From: a virus
Lineage: Duplodnaviria; Heunggongvirae; Uroviricota; Caudoviricetes; Herelleviridae
Virus record (IMG/VR): IMGVR_UViG_2706796071_000001
Length of the DNA stretch: 64,000 nt
Reading direction: 5' to 3' (one strand)
Both the position numbers and the translations under genes were made by a program. The notes under the pieces are model-generated. The model had not been told where the DNA came from and ran no database searches. It saw only the letters and a program-made list of their open reading frames with translations. This document shows positions 55,023-64,000 of this stretch, in pieces (position 1 is the stretch's first letter; the number at the start of each line of letters is the position of its first letter).

Positions 55023-55481
55023 ATGGCTACATTTTGGTCAAAAAGAAGAACAACTAATAAAGACAGGCAAGTTAAAAAGCATTACACTCAAATGAGTATT
55101 TACGAAAGAAAAAAGTGTGTAGAACTATTACAAGAGACAATTACTGAAAATAGAATTATTAATTTTACACGACATAGTGCAAAAAAGGTTAAAGGTAAAC
55201 CAACAACAAATATACCTAAATTAATAGGTTTTATTTTTAAAAATAAGTTTGCCTACGAAAATATCATAGAGTACAATAACACAGATTATAATGGTAATAT
55301 TGAGAGGAGAATTGTTGTTAAACATCCTAAAGTTATAACTGTAGAAGGAAAACCTAGCTATCAGTTTTTGACAATTAGTCTTGAAGATGCTAGAGTTATT
55401 ACGGTGTGGTATAACAGTGTAGATGATACATATAGAACACTAGATTTAAATTATTATAGTAAAGACTTGACAATTCAATAA
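55023..55481 (+). CDS. hypothetical basic protein
   Basis: 152-aa ORF with its own promoter and RBS. Confidence 0.5.
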   Translation: MATFWSKRRTTNKDRQVKKHYTQMSIYERKKCVELLQETITENRIINFTRHSAKKVKGKPTTNIPKLIGFIFKNKFAYENIIEYNNTDYNGNIERRIVVKHPKVITVEGKPSYQFLTISLEDARVITVWYNSVDDTYRTLDLNYYSKDLTIQ

Positions 55482-55493
55482 GGAGGTATTATA

Positions 55494-55688
55494 ATGGGTA
55501 TAACAATAGTAAATAGTTATTTTATTCTGTCTAGCATTTTCCTCATCATATTAACCATATTAAATGGTAAGGGTACAGTTACAAGGGAATCATTAACTAT
55601 GAGTAAAATATTAGTAGTAATAACATCAATTCAATTTTTAGCATGTTTAATTATTAATGGTATTTATTGGTCACTAAAATTTATGTAG
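55494..55688 (+). CDS. small two-TM membrane protein
   Basis: 64 aa. RBS aaggaggtattataATG. Confidence 0.4.
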   Translation: MGITIVNSYFILSSIFLIILTILNGKGTVTRESLTMSKILVVITSIQFLACLIINGIYWSLKFM

Positions 55689-55707
55689 TAGAACTAGAAT
55701 AAAAGTA

Positions 55708-55736
55708 TTGACAAATTAAAACTAATAAATTATAAT
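55708..55736 (+). promoter_or_regulatory. consensus sigma-A promoter
   Basis: TTGACAaattaaaactaataaatTATAAT, followed by RBS aaaggagaag and the ATG at 55770. Confidence 0.6.
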
Positions 55737-55769
55737 AAAGGTATAACAAATTAAAGGAGAAGATATAAA

Positions 55770-56081
55770 ATGTCACAAGATAAATTAAGAGCAATTTACA
55801 CAGAAATGAAAGTAGAATTACACAAATTTCCTAAAGAGGTAGATATAACAAGTAAATCAACTGCAATTGCAATCAATCAGATTTTAGATAAATTCAAAAC
55901 ATTAACAGAACAAGCAGGAAAGATTACTAGAAAATATTTAGAAGGTCAAGAAATATTAACTATTGATTATGAGTATTATGATTCATTACAAGAATACTAT
56001 ATTTACCTACTTAGAAATAGTGAAAAGATTGAACAAAGTTTACAAGAAATTACTAAGCGTACAGGTGAATATGTAAAGTAA
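55770..56081 (+). CDS. hypothetical protein
   Basis: 103-aa ORF. Confidence 0.5.
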   Translation: MSQDKLRAIYTEMKVELHKFPKEVDITSKSTAIAINQILDKFKTLTEQAGKITRKYLEGQEILTIDYEYYDSLQEYYIYLLRNSEKIEQSLQEITKRTGEYVK

Positions 56082-56212
56082 TTTTGATTTAAAAACAAAA
56101 TATGATATACTATGTTTAAAGTAGTAAGCCTACACTAGTCCGTGTTATATTAATATTGAATCGGATAAGCGTAGGCTTTATTAATATTTAAAAAAGGAAG
56201 GTATATCATATT

Positions 56213-56671
56213 ATGGCAGAAGAAATTAAAAAGGAACAAGATGTACAAGAAACAACTAAAGAAGAAAAAAAAGATGTTAGTAAAATGACACCGGAAGAAA
56301 TAGATAAATTAAAATATCAAGACAAACAAGAAAAAGAACAAGTTATTAACAAAGTTATTAAAGGCGTTAATGATACTTGGGAAAAAGAATATAACTTTGA
56401 AGAACTAGACTTAAGATTTAAAGTTAAGATTAAATTACCTAATGCACGAGAACAAGGTAATATCTTTGCGTTACGTTCTGCTTACTTAGGTGGTATGGAT
56501 ATGTACCAAACAGACCAAGTGATTAGAGCATATCAAATGTTAGCTACCTTACAGGAAGTAGGTATTGAAGTTCCTAAGGAATTCCAAGACCCTGACGATA
56601 TTTATAACTTATATCCTTTAACTGTTATGTATGAAGATTGGTTAGGATTCTTAAACTCCTTTCGTTACTAA
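56213..56671 (+). CDS. hypothetical protein upstream of the tape measure gene (tail assembly chaperone candidate)
   Basis: 152 aa. RBS aaaaggaaggtatatcatattATG. The call rests on position only. Confidence 0.45.
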   Translation: MAEEIKKEQDVQETTKEEKKDVSKMTPEEIDKLKYQDKQEKEQVINKVIKGVNDTWEKEYNFEELDLRFKVKIKLPNAREQGNIFALRSAYLGGMDMYQTDQVIRAYQMLATLQEVGIEVPKEFQDPDDIYNLYPLTVMYEDWLGFLNSFRY

Positions 56672-56705
56672 TAGTATAGAAACATTAGATAAAGATATAG
56701 AACGA

Positions 56706-57251
56706 TTGGGCGGTATGGAATCAATTGTTAAACAACCTTTATCTAGAAATCTATGGGCTATTATGAAAGAGTTTAATGTTTTACCTACCGAGCAAAGATT
56801 TAAGGACTTAGACGATTATCAGATAGAGTTTATTATTGGGAATATGAACAGAGATGTTTATGAACATAATAAACAACTTAAACAAGCTCAAAAAGGTGGA
56901 AAATTCGATAGTCAATTTGAAGATGATGATAGTAGTTGGTGGAATGAATCTCATGAAGACTTTGACCCAGTACCTGATTTCTTAGATGCTGATGACTTAG
57001 CACAACAAATGGAAGCTAAATTATCTGATAGAGATAAGGAAGAAAGAGCTAAGAGAAACGATGCAGAGTTAAATGATGAAACAGAAGGACTTACTACACA
57101 ACATCTAGCTATGATGGAATACATCAGACAGAAACAACAAGAATTAGATGATGAAGTAGGAAATGGTAAGACTAGTGAAGATGACGCTACTATATCACAA
57201 GATAGCGTTAATAAAGCACTAGAAGACCTAGATGATGACTGGTATATGTAA
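56706..57251 (+). CDS. acidic protein upstream of the tape measure gene (tail assembly chaperone candidate)
   Basis: 181 aa with a D/E-rich C-terminus. The call rests on position only. Confidence 0.45.
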   Translation: MGGMESIVKQPLSRNLWAIMKEFNVLPTEQRFKDLDDYQIEFIIGNMNRDVYEHNKQLKQAQKGGKFDSQFEDDDSSWWNESHEDFDPVPDFLDADDLAQQMEAKLSDRDKEERAKRNDAELNDETEGLTTQHLAMMEYIRQKQQELDDEVGNGKTSEDDATISQDSVNKALEDLDDDWYM

Positions 57252-57303
57252 AGGGTGGTAGGTGATACTACCATCCTTATTTTTTTAAAATGGATGGTGA
57301 ATA

Positions 57304-60300
57304 ATGATGGCAATGAATGACGATTATAGATTGGTCTTGTCCGGTGATAGTTCGGATTTAGAGAATAGTCTAAAGGCAATAGAACTTTATATGGATTCTT
57401 TAGAGTCTAAGAATATTGATGCTCCTTTAGATAATTTCTTAAAAAAATTAAAAGTAATTGCTAAAGAAGTTAAAAATGTACAGAACGCAATGGATAAACA
57501 AGATGGTAAATCTGTTATATCTTCTAAAGACATGGATGAATCTATTAAATCCACTCAATCTGCTACAAAGAATATAAATGAATTAAAGAAAGCTTTAGAT
57601 GACCTTCAAAAAGAGAATATATCTAAAGGTATTGCACCTGACCCTGAAGTTGAAAAAGCATATGCTAAGATGGGTAAAGTTGTAGATGAAACTCAAGAAA
57701 AACTTGAGAAAATGTCTTCACAAAAAATAGGTTCTGATGCTAGTATTCAAAATAGAATTAAGGAAATGAAAACCTTAAATCAAGTAACTGAAGAATACAA
57801 TAAAATAAGTAAAGATTCTAGCGCAACTAAAGATTATACAAAACGATTAAGAGCTAATCGTAATATGACTAGAGGTTACATGGAGCGTTCAGAAGGAACA
57901 GGACGTTTGACATATGACCAAGGTGCACGAGTTAGAAGTGAACTAGGTAAAGTAAGTTCTTATGAGAGCCAAAGAAAACAAAACCAACGTAATTTGGGAC
58001 AAGCAAGAGAACAATATAGCAACTATAGAAACCAACAACAAGACTTGACTAAACGTAGAGCTAGCGGTCAAATTAATAAGGCACAATATGAACAAGAGTT
58101 AGCTTCTATTAAACAGGAAATGAAAGCTAGAGAAGAACTTATATCTAACTATGAGAAATTAGGAGCAGAACTTGATAAAACAGTTCAGTATTATAAGGGT
58201 TCAGTTCAAAAGGATTTCCAATCTAGAGACGTAGACCAACAAAGAGGAACATTTGGTAGAATGGTTCAAGAACGTTTGCCATCTATTGGTTCTCATGCTA
58301 TGATGGGTACTACAGCTATGGCTACAGGTTTATACATGAAGGGTGCCTCACTAAGTGAAACTAATAGACCTATGGTTACATCATTAGGTCAAAATTCCGA
58401 TAATATGGATATAGATTCTGTAAGAAATGCATATGGAGACTTGTCAATTGATAACAAATTAGGTTATAATAGTACTGACATGTTGAAAATGGCTACTTCA
58501 TATGAAGCATCGGTAGGACATAAAAGTGATGAGGATACAATGGCAGGAACTAAACAACTTGCTATTGGAGGACGTTCTTTAGGTATTAAAGACCAAGAAG
58601 CTTATCAAGAGTCTATGGGTCAAATAATGCATACTGGTGGAGTAAATTCTGATAACATGAAGGAAATGCAAGATGCATTCCTAGGTGGCATTAAACAATC
58701 AGGTATGGTTGGTCGTCAAGATGAACAACTTAAAGCATTAGGCTCTATAGCTGAACAATCAGGAGAAGGAAGAACTCTAACTAAAGACCAAATGAGTAAT
58801 CTTACTGCCATGCAATCTACTTTTGCAGAGTCAGGAAGTAAAGGATTACAAGGTGAACAAGGTGCCAATGCTATTAACAGTATAGACCAAGGACTTAAAA
58901 ATGGTATGAATAGTTCTTATGCTCGTATAGCAATGGGATGGGGAACGCAATACCAAGGTCTTGAAGGTGGATATGATTTACAAAAACGTATGGATGAAGG
59001 TATATCTAATCCTGAAAACTTGACAGATATGGCTGATATGGCTACTCAAATGGGTGGCAGTGAAAAAGAACAAAAATACCTATTTAATAGAAGTATGAAA
59101 GAAATAGGCGCTAACCTAACTATGGAGCAATCTGATGAAATATTTAAGGACTCTAAAGAAGGAAAACTGTCTAAAGAAGAGTTAGCTAAGAAAGCTAAGA
59201 AAATGGAAAAAGAAGGTAAAAAAGAAGGAGAAGATAACGCCACTGATTATAAAGAATCTAAATCAGGAAAAAATGACCAAAATAAATCTAAGACTGATGA
59301 TAAAGCAGAAGATACTTATGATATGGCTCAACCACTAAGAGATGCTCATAGTGCTTTAGCAGGTCTTCCTGCCCCTATATATTTAGCTATTGGTGCTATA
59401 GGAGCATTTACAGCTTCACTAATTGCATCTGCAAGTCAATTTGGAGCAGGTCACTTAATTGGTAAAGGAGCCAAAGGACTTAGAAATAAATTTGGTAGAA
59501 ATAAAGGTGGTAGCTCCGGTGGTAACCCTATGGCAGGTGGAATGCCTAGTGGTGGTGGTTCACCTAAGGGTGGAGGCTCACCTAAAGGTGGGGGCACTCG
59601 TTCTACTGGAGGAAAAATACTTGATAGCGCTAAAGGTCTTGGAGGATTCCTAGTAGGTGGTGCAGGATGGAAAGGTATGTTTGGCGGGGAGTCTAAAGGT
59701 AAAGGATTTAAACAAACATCTAAAGAAGCCTGGTCAGGTACTAGAAAAGTATTTAATAGAGATAATGGTAGAAAAGCCATGGATAAATCTAAAGATATAG
59801 CTAAAGGTACCGGTAGTGGTCTTAAAGATATCTATAATGATAGTATATTTGGTAAAGAAAGAAGACAAAACCTAGGAGAAAAAGCTAAAGGTTTTGGTGG
59901 CAAAGCTAAGGGTCTCTATGGTAAGTTTGCTGATAAGTTTGGTGACGGAGGTAAAAATGGTATCCTTTCACAATCACCAAAAGCAGGTGGAAGTGGCATA
60001 GGGAAACTTGGAAAACTTGCAGGTGGACTTGGAAAAGGAGCCGGAGTTTTAGGTGTTGCTACGTCTGCCTTATCATTAATACCTGCTTTAGCTTCCGGAG
60101 ATAGTAAAGCTATCGGCGGAGGAATAGGCTCTATGGGTGGAGGAATGGCAGGTGCATCAGCAGGAGCTTCTATAGGAGCTTTATTTGGTGGTGTAGGTGC
60201 AATACCTGGAGCTTTAATAGGCGGAGCTATAGGTTCCTTCGGAGGAGGAGCTGTTGGTGAAAAAGTCGGAGACATGGCTAAAAAAGCTAACACTAAAGAA

Positions 60301-61362
60301 GGATGGAACCTAGGATGGACTAATGGAGATAAAGATGGTAAGAATAAATTCCAAGATTCTTTATTAGGAAAACCTATATCTAAAGCATGGAGCGGTATAA
60401 CAGGTCTCTTTGATAATGACGCTGAAGCATCCGAAGAAGATAGTAAAGATAAGAAAAAAGGTGTTAAAGGCGTTAAAGGAGATACTAAGAAGAAAGAAAA
60501 AATGACAGCAGAACAACTTAGAGAAAAGAATAACCAATCTGAAACTAAGAATCTTAAAATCTATAGTGATTTACTTGACAGAGCTCAGAAAATTATTGAG
60601 AGTGCTAAAGGTATTAATATAGATGGAGGAACTTCTGATAGTGGTTCTGATAGTGGAGGCTCTGCATCTGATGTAGGTGGAGAAGGCGCAGAGAAGATGT
60701 ACAAGTTCCTTAAAGGAAAAGGACTATCTGATAATCAGGTAGGGGCTGTTATGGGTAACTTACAACAAGAATCTAATCTTGACCCTAATGCTAAGAATGC
60801 TTCTAGTGGAGCATTTGGTATTGCTCAGTGGTTAGGGGCTAGAAAAACAGGATTAGAAAACTTTGCTAAATCTAAAGGTAAAAAATCTAGTGACATGGAT
60901 GTTCAATTAGATTACCTATGGAAAGAGATGCAGTCTGATTATGAAAGCAATAATCTTAAAAATGCAGGTTGGAGCAAAGGCGGAAGCTTAGAACAGAATA
61001 CAAAAGCATTTGCTACCGGATTTGAACGTATGGGAGCAAACGAGGCTATGATGGGTACTCGTGTTAACAATGCTAAGGAATTCAAGAAGAAATACGGAGG
61101 CTCCGGTGGCGGAGGCGGTGGAGGAGCTCTATCCTCTACTTACCAAGAAGCTATGAGTAATCCTGTATTAACTACTGGTTCTAATTATAGAGGCTCTAAT
61201 GATGCTTCTAATGCTTCTACAACTAACAGAATAACAGTCAATGTTAATGTTCAAGGTGGAAATAATCCTGAAGAAACTGGAGACATTATCGGAGGAAGAA
61301 TTAGAGAAGTTCTAGATAGCAACATGGATATCTTTGCAAATGAACATAAGAGAAGTTATTAG
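57304..61362 (+). CDS. tail tape measure protein with an embedded lysozyme-like peptidoglycan hydrolase domain
   Basis: 1352 aa. Long coiled-coil N-terminal half and Gly-rich hydrophobic segments. The domain LKGKGLSDNQVGAVMGNLQQESNLDPNAKNASSGAFGIAQW resembles a phage tail lysozyme. Confidence 0.85.
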   Translation: MMAMNDDYRLVLSGDSSDLENSLKAIELYMDSLESKNIDAPLDNFLKKLKVIAKEVKNVQNAMDKQDGKSVISSKDMDESIKSTQSATKNINELKKALDDLQKENISKGIAPDPEVEKAYAKMGKVVDETQEKLEKMSSQKIGSDASIQNRIKEMKTLNQVTEEYNKISKDSSATKDYTKRLRANRNMTRGYMERSEGTGRLTYDQGARVRSELGKVSSYESQRKQNQRNLGQAREQYSNYRNQQQDLTKRRASGQINKAQYEQELASIKQEMKAREELISNYEKLGAELDKTVQYYKGSVQKDFQSRDVDQQRGTFGRMVQERLPSIGSHAMMGTTAMATGLYMKGASLSETNRPMVTSLGQNSDNMDIDSVRNAYGDLSIDNKLGYNSTDMLKMATSYEASVGHKSDEDTMAGTKQLAIGGRSLGIKDQEAYQESMGQIMHTGGVNSDNMKEMQDAFLGGIKQSGMVGRQDEQLKALGSIAEQSGEGRTLTKDQMSNLTAMQSTFAESGSKGLQGEQGANAINSIDQGLKNGMNSSYARIAMGWGTQYQGLEGGYDLQKRMDEGISNPENLTDMADMATQMGGSEKEQKYLFNRSMKEIGANLTMEQSDEIFKDSKEGKLSKEELAKKAKKMEKEGKKEGEDNATDYKESKSGKNDQNKSKTDDKAEDTYDMAQPLRDAHSALAGLPAPIYLAIGAIGAFTASLIASASQFGAGHLIGKGAKGLRNKFGRNKGGSSGGNPMAGGMPSGGGSPKGGGSPKGGGTRSTGGKILDSAKGLGGFLVGGAGWKGMFGGESKGKGFKQTSKEAWSGTRKVFNRDNGRKAMDKSKDIAKGTGSGLKDIYNDSIFGKERRQNLGEKAKGFGGKAKGLYGKFADKFGDGGKNGILSQSPKAGGSGIGKLGKLAGGLGKGAGVLGVATSALSLIPALASGDSKAIGGGIGSMGGGMAGASAGASIGALFGGVGAIPGALIGGAIGSFGGGAVGEKVGDMAKKANTKEGWNLGWTNGDKDGKNKFQDSLLGKPISKAWSGITGLFDNDAEASEEDSKDKKKGVKGVKGDTKKKEKMTAEQLREKNNQSETKNLKIYSDLLDRAQKIIESAKGINIDGGTSDSGSDSGGSASDVGGEGAEKMYKFLKGKGLSDNQVGAVMGNLQQESNLDPNAKNASSGAFGIAQWLGARKTGLENFAKSKGKKSSDMDVQLDYLWKEMQSDYESNNLKNAGWSKGGSLEQNTKAFATGFERMGANEAMMGTRVNNAKEFKKKYGGSGGGGGGGALSSTYQEAMSNPVLTTGSNYRGSNDASNASTTNRITVNVNVQGGNNPEETGDIIGGRIREVLDSNMDIFANEHKRSY

Positions 61363-61372
61363 TAATTTTGTA

Positions 61373-61401
61373 TTGACACAAGAGTAGTATCATAGTATAC
61401 T
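61373..61401 (+). promoter_or_regulatory. sigma-A promoter overlapping an inverted repeat
   Basis: TTGACAcaagagtagtatcatagTATACT. The spacer plus -10 form the palindrome agagtagtat...atactactct. Confidence 0.55.
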
Positions 61402-61434
61402 ACTCTTATACATATAAAAAATAAAAGGAAGTAT

Positions 61435-63867
61435 GTGTATATGCGTAGAATAAGAAGACCTAAGGTAAGAATAGAAATAGTTACAGATGACAATACATTT
61501 ACATTGAGATTTGAAGATACACGAGACTATAATGGTGATGAGTTTGGAGCTAAACTTTTAGGATTCCAAACTAAAAACTCTATGGAAGATGATAGTTCAG
61601 TTTTCCAAATAAATATGGCAGGAGATACTTATTGGGATAAGCTAGTTATGGCTAATGATATCATAAGAATATTTATTACACCTAATGATGACCCTAACGA
61701 TAAAGAAGGAAAACAAGAACGACTTATCCAGGTAGGTATGGTTTCTCAAGTATCAAAAGTAGGTAGCTATGGTAATGACCAAACTCAATTTAGAATAACA
61801 GGTCAATCTTTTGTAAAACCTTTTATGAAATTTGGATTAGGTGTTATTCAGGAAGTTCAAGCTGTCTTACCTGAAGTAGGTTGGCTTATTGATGGTGATG
61901 GAGATAATGAAGTAAAATTTACTGGTAGCTCAGCTCATGAAGTAATGACTGGTATTATACGTAGATTTATACCTTATATGAAATATAACTATACTGAAAA
62001 AACATATAATACAATTGATAACTATCTTGATTATGATGATTTAAGTAGTTGGGATGAGTTTGAAAAACTTACAGAAGTTTCAGCCTTTACTAATTTTGAT
62101 GGGTCATTAAAACAGTTAATGGATATGGTAACAGCTAGACCTTTTAATGAGTTATTCTTCAAAAATTCAGAAAAAACACCTGGAAAGGCTCAACTTGTAT
62201 TAAGAAAGACCCCTTTTAATCCTACTGAATGGAGAGCTTTAGATATGATTAAAGTGCCTACCGAGGATTTTATAGAAGAGGATGTAGGTAAAAGTGATGT
62301 AGAGACATATTCTATATTTACAGCAACGCCTGCAGGTATGTTGAAAGAGCTTAACGGTGATGTATTTTCTAAACCGCAATTCCATCCTGAATTAACTGAT
62401 AGATATGGTTATACCAAATTTGAAGTAGAAAATATTTATCTTAGTACAAAATCAGGTTCAGCTACTGAGGATTCAGATTCTTCAGGTGATGATAATGGTA
62501 CAGAACGAGGGACTTACTCTAAAATTATGAAAGATTTAAGTAACTATGGAAGAGATAATATATCTAAAGGTATAGATAAGTATACAAGTAAATTATCCTC
62601 AAAATATAAAAACTTAAAAAAAGCCCAAGCTAAAAAAATTATAGAGAAGTTTGTCAAAGAAGGAAAAGTAACAGAAAAAGAATATGAAAAGATAACAGGT
62701 AATAAGGTAGATGATGAATTAACATCAGATAACAGACCGAAGTTGACAAAAGATAAATTAAAGAGTATACTAAAAGAGAAGTTTAAAACACAAGATGATT
62801 TTAATAATTCTAAAAAAAGAAAAAAAGCTAAAACAGATGCACTTAAAGAATTGACAACTAAATATCGTTTTGGTAATAAGACACATGCTACAACTTTGTT
62901 AGATGAATATATTAAATACAAAGGAGAACCGCCTAATGATGAGGCTTTTGATAAATATCTTAAAGCTATTGAAGGTGTTAGTAATATAGCTACAGATACA
63001 GGTTCAGATGCAAGTGATAGTCCTTTAGTTATGTTCTCTAGAATGCTATTTAACTGGTATCATGGCAACCCTAACTTCTATGCAGGAGATATTATTGTTT
63101 TAGGAGACCCTAAGTATGACCTAGGTAAAAGATTATTTATTGAGGATAAGCAACGAGGAGACACTTGGGAGTTCTATATTGAATCGGTAGAACATAAATT
63201 CGATTATAAACAAGGGTATTACACAACTGTAGGAGTAACTAGAGGTTTAAAAGATGCTATTCTAGAAGACGGTAAAGGTAGTCCTCATAGATTTGCAGGA
63301 TTATGGAACCAATCATCAGACTTCATGGGAGGTCTTATGGGTGAAGATACTTCTAAAGAACTTAAAGAAAAAGGTGTAGCAGAGAAACAAAGTAGTGGAG
63401 ATAAAGATGGCGGTTCTGATAGTGGTGGCGCTCAAGATGGTGGCTCTTTAGATTCACTTAAAAAATATAACGGTAAACTTCCTAAGCATGACCCAAGTTT
63501 CGTTCAACCAGGTAACCGACATTACAAGTATCAGTGTACATGGTATGCTTATAATAGAAGAGGTCAATTAGGCATTCCTGTGCCTTTATGGGGGGACGCC
63601 GCCGACTGGATAGGTGGTGCTAAAGGAGCAGGTTATGGTGTAGGTAGAACACCTAAACAAGGTGCCTGTGTTATTTGGCAAAGAGGTGTTCAAGGAGGTA
63701 GTGCTCAATACGGGCATGTTGCTTTTGTTGAGAAAGTTTTAGACGGAGGTAAAAAAATATTCATCTCCGAACATAACTATGCTACCCCTAATGGATATGG
63801 TACTAGAACAATAGATATGAGTTCAGCCATAGGTAAGAATGCTCAATTCATTTACGATAAGAAATAA
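61435..63867 (+). CDS. tail-associated cell-wall hydrolase (tail lysin) with a C-terminal CHAP domain
   Basis: 810 aa. The C-terminus YKYQCTWYAYNRRGQ ... GHVAFVEKV ... SEHNY has the CHAP Cys/His arrangement. The track start is GTG; an ATG lies at 61441. Confidence 0.85.
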   Translation: MYMRRIRRPKVRIEIVTDDNTFTLRFEDTRDYNGDEFGAKLLGFQTKNSMEDDSSVFQINMAGDTYWDKLVMANDIIRIFITPNDDPNDKEGKQERLIQVGMVSQVSKVGSYGNDQTQFRITGQSFVKPFMKFGLGVIQEVQAVLPEVGWLIDGDGDNEVKFTGSSAHEVMTGIIRRFIPYMKYNYTEKTYNTIDNYLDYDDLSSWDEFEKLTEVSAFTNFDGSLKQLMDMVTARPFNELFFKNSEKTPGKAQLVLRKTPFNPTEWRALDMIKVPTEDFIEEDVGKSDVETYSIFTATPAGMLKELNGDVFSKPQFHPELTDRYGYTKFEVENIYLSTKSGSATEDSDSSGDDNGTERGTYSKIMKDLSNYGRDNISKGIDKYTSKLSSKYKNLKKAQAKKIIEKFVKEGKVTEKEYEKITGNKVDDELTSDNRPKLTKDKLKSILKEKFKTQDDFNNSKKRKKAKTDALKELTTKYRFGNKTHATTLLDEYIKYKGEPPNDEAFDKYLKAIEGVSNIATDTGSDASDSPLVMFSRMLFNWYHGNPNFYAGDIIVLGDPKYDLGKRLFIEDKQRGDTWEFYIESVEHKFDYKQGYYTTVGVTRGLKDAILEDGKGSPHRFAGLWNQSSDFMGGLMGEDTSKELKEKGVAEKQSSGDKDGGSDSGGAQDGGSLDSLKKYNGKLPKHDPSFVQPGNRHYKYQCTWYAYNRRGQLGIPVPLWGDAADWIGGAKGAGYGVGRTPKQGACVIWQRGVQGGSAQYGHVAFVEKVLDGGKKIFISEHNYATPNGYGTRTIDMSSAIGKNAQFIYDKK

Positions 63868-63890
63868 AGGAGGATAGTCTATGGCAACAG

Positions 63891-64000
63891 ATAAAGAAGC
63901 TAAAGATGTTATTGACAAGTTTATAGATAATGTATTTAATTTTGATGTATTAACTATGGAAAGAGTTAAAGAAAAAGATGAAGAAATTAAAAAAATAACT
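63891..64000 (+). CDS. 5' end of the next structural gene (partial, runs off the window)
   Basis: RBS aaggagg 7 nt upstream of the ATG at 63891. The frame is open to the window end. Confidence 0.5.

Noticed and set aside
56213-57251. Programmed -1 frameshift joining the two ORFs upstream of the tape measure gene (chaperone G/GT style)
   Set aside because: ORF 1 ends with two consecutive stops (TAA TAG). A 35-nt gap follows, and there is no slippery heptamer (X XXY YYZ) near the junction. I found no support for a frameshift in the sequence.
1-64000. Integrase, transposase, IS element or prophage attachment features
   Set aside because: No tyrosine or serine recombinase motifs, no DDE transposase, and no inverted-repeat-bounded element were seen. 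The gene content is that of a strictly lytic myovirus.

Overview
This window looks like a large virulent Staphylococcus myovirus of the phage K / Twort-like group (Herelleviridae, Kayvirus-like), about 30% GC. The call rests on four things. First, a contiguous 496-aa CHAP/amidase_2/SH3b endolysin whose N-terminus I recognise as LysK-like. Second, a 167-aa holin next to it. Third, the 587-aa tail sheath and 463-aa major capsid protein. Fourth, a tape-measure protein carrying a lysozyme-like domain followed by an 810-aa tail lysin with a C-terminal CHAP domain.

Layout:
- 1-1600: a short plus-strand block whose genes end at an intrinsic terminator at 1314-1345, followed by an iteron-like repeat cluster.
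- 1640-34100: a long leftward (minus-strand) early/host-takeover block. It is driven by near-consensus sigma-A promoters (TTGACA-17-TATAAT, visible as 'tgtcaa' on the plus strand). Recognisable products are a NADAR/YbiA-like protein, a Ser/Thr phosphatase, a nucleotidyltransferase-fold protein, an AAA ATPase, MazG, a nucleoside 2-deoxyribosyltransferase, an ATP-dependent ligase, PhoH, RNase H, an XRE regulator, an IsaA-like transglycosylase, an SPFH protein, an HNH endonuclease, the endolysin and the holin.
- Two leftward tRNA-containing noncoding transcription units, at about 7.9-8.9 kb and 30.7-32.2 kb. I can fold tRNA-Met, tRNA-Phe and tRNA-Asp, plus one non-canonical tRNA-like element.
- From 34243 to the window end: the rightward morphogenesis block. 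It contains a split terL, portal, prohead protease, major capsid protein, sheath, tube, tape measure and tail lysin.

Most notable observations, each an inference from sequence that needs confirming:
1. Two tandem ORF-less group I intron-like elements of about 290 nt, 60-80% identical at their ends, sit directly after the called tail-tube ORF. Short in-frame coding segments lie between and after them, suggesting a three-exon tail-tube gene.
2. terL is interrupted by a roughly 1.05 kb group I intron carrying its own promoter and an endonuclease ORF.
3. That intron ORF shares a Vsr/DUF559-like nuclease domain with a free-standing NUMOD-containing endonuclease gene right next to the twin introns.
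4. The lysK gene has no intron, but a free-standing HNH gene lies directly downstream of it.
5. A candidate sRNA of about 135 nt has its own sigma-A promoter and intrinsic terminator.
6. A GC-elevated structured RNA of about 500 nt lies downstream of the tRNA-Met in the same leftward noncoding unit.
7. Several possible anti-defence or metabolic accessory genes are present: NADAR, an NTase-fold protein, the SPFH pair and a nucleoside-salvage trio.
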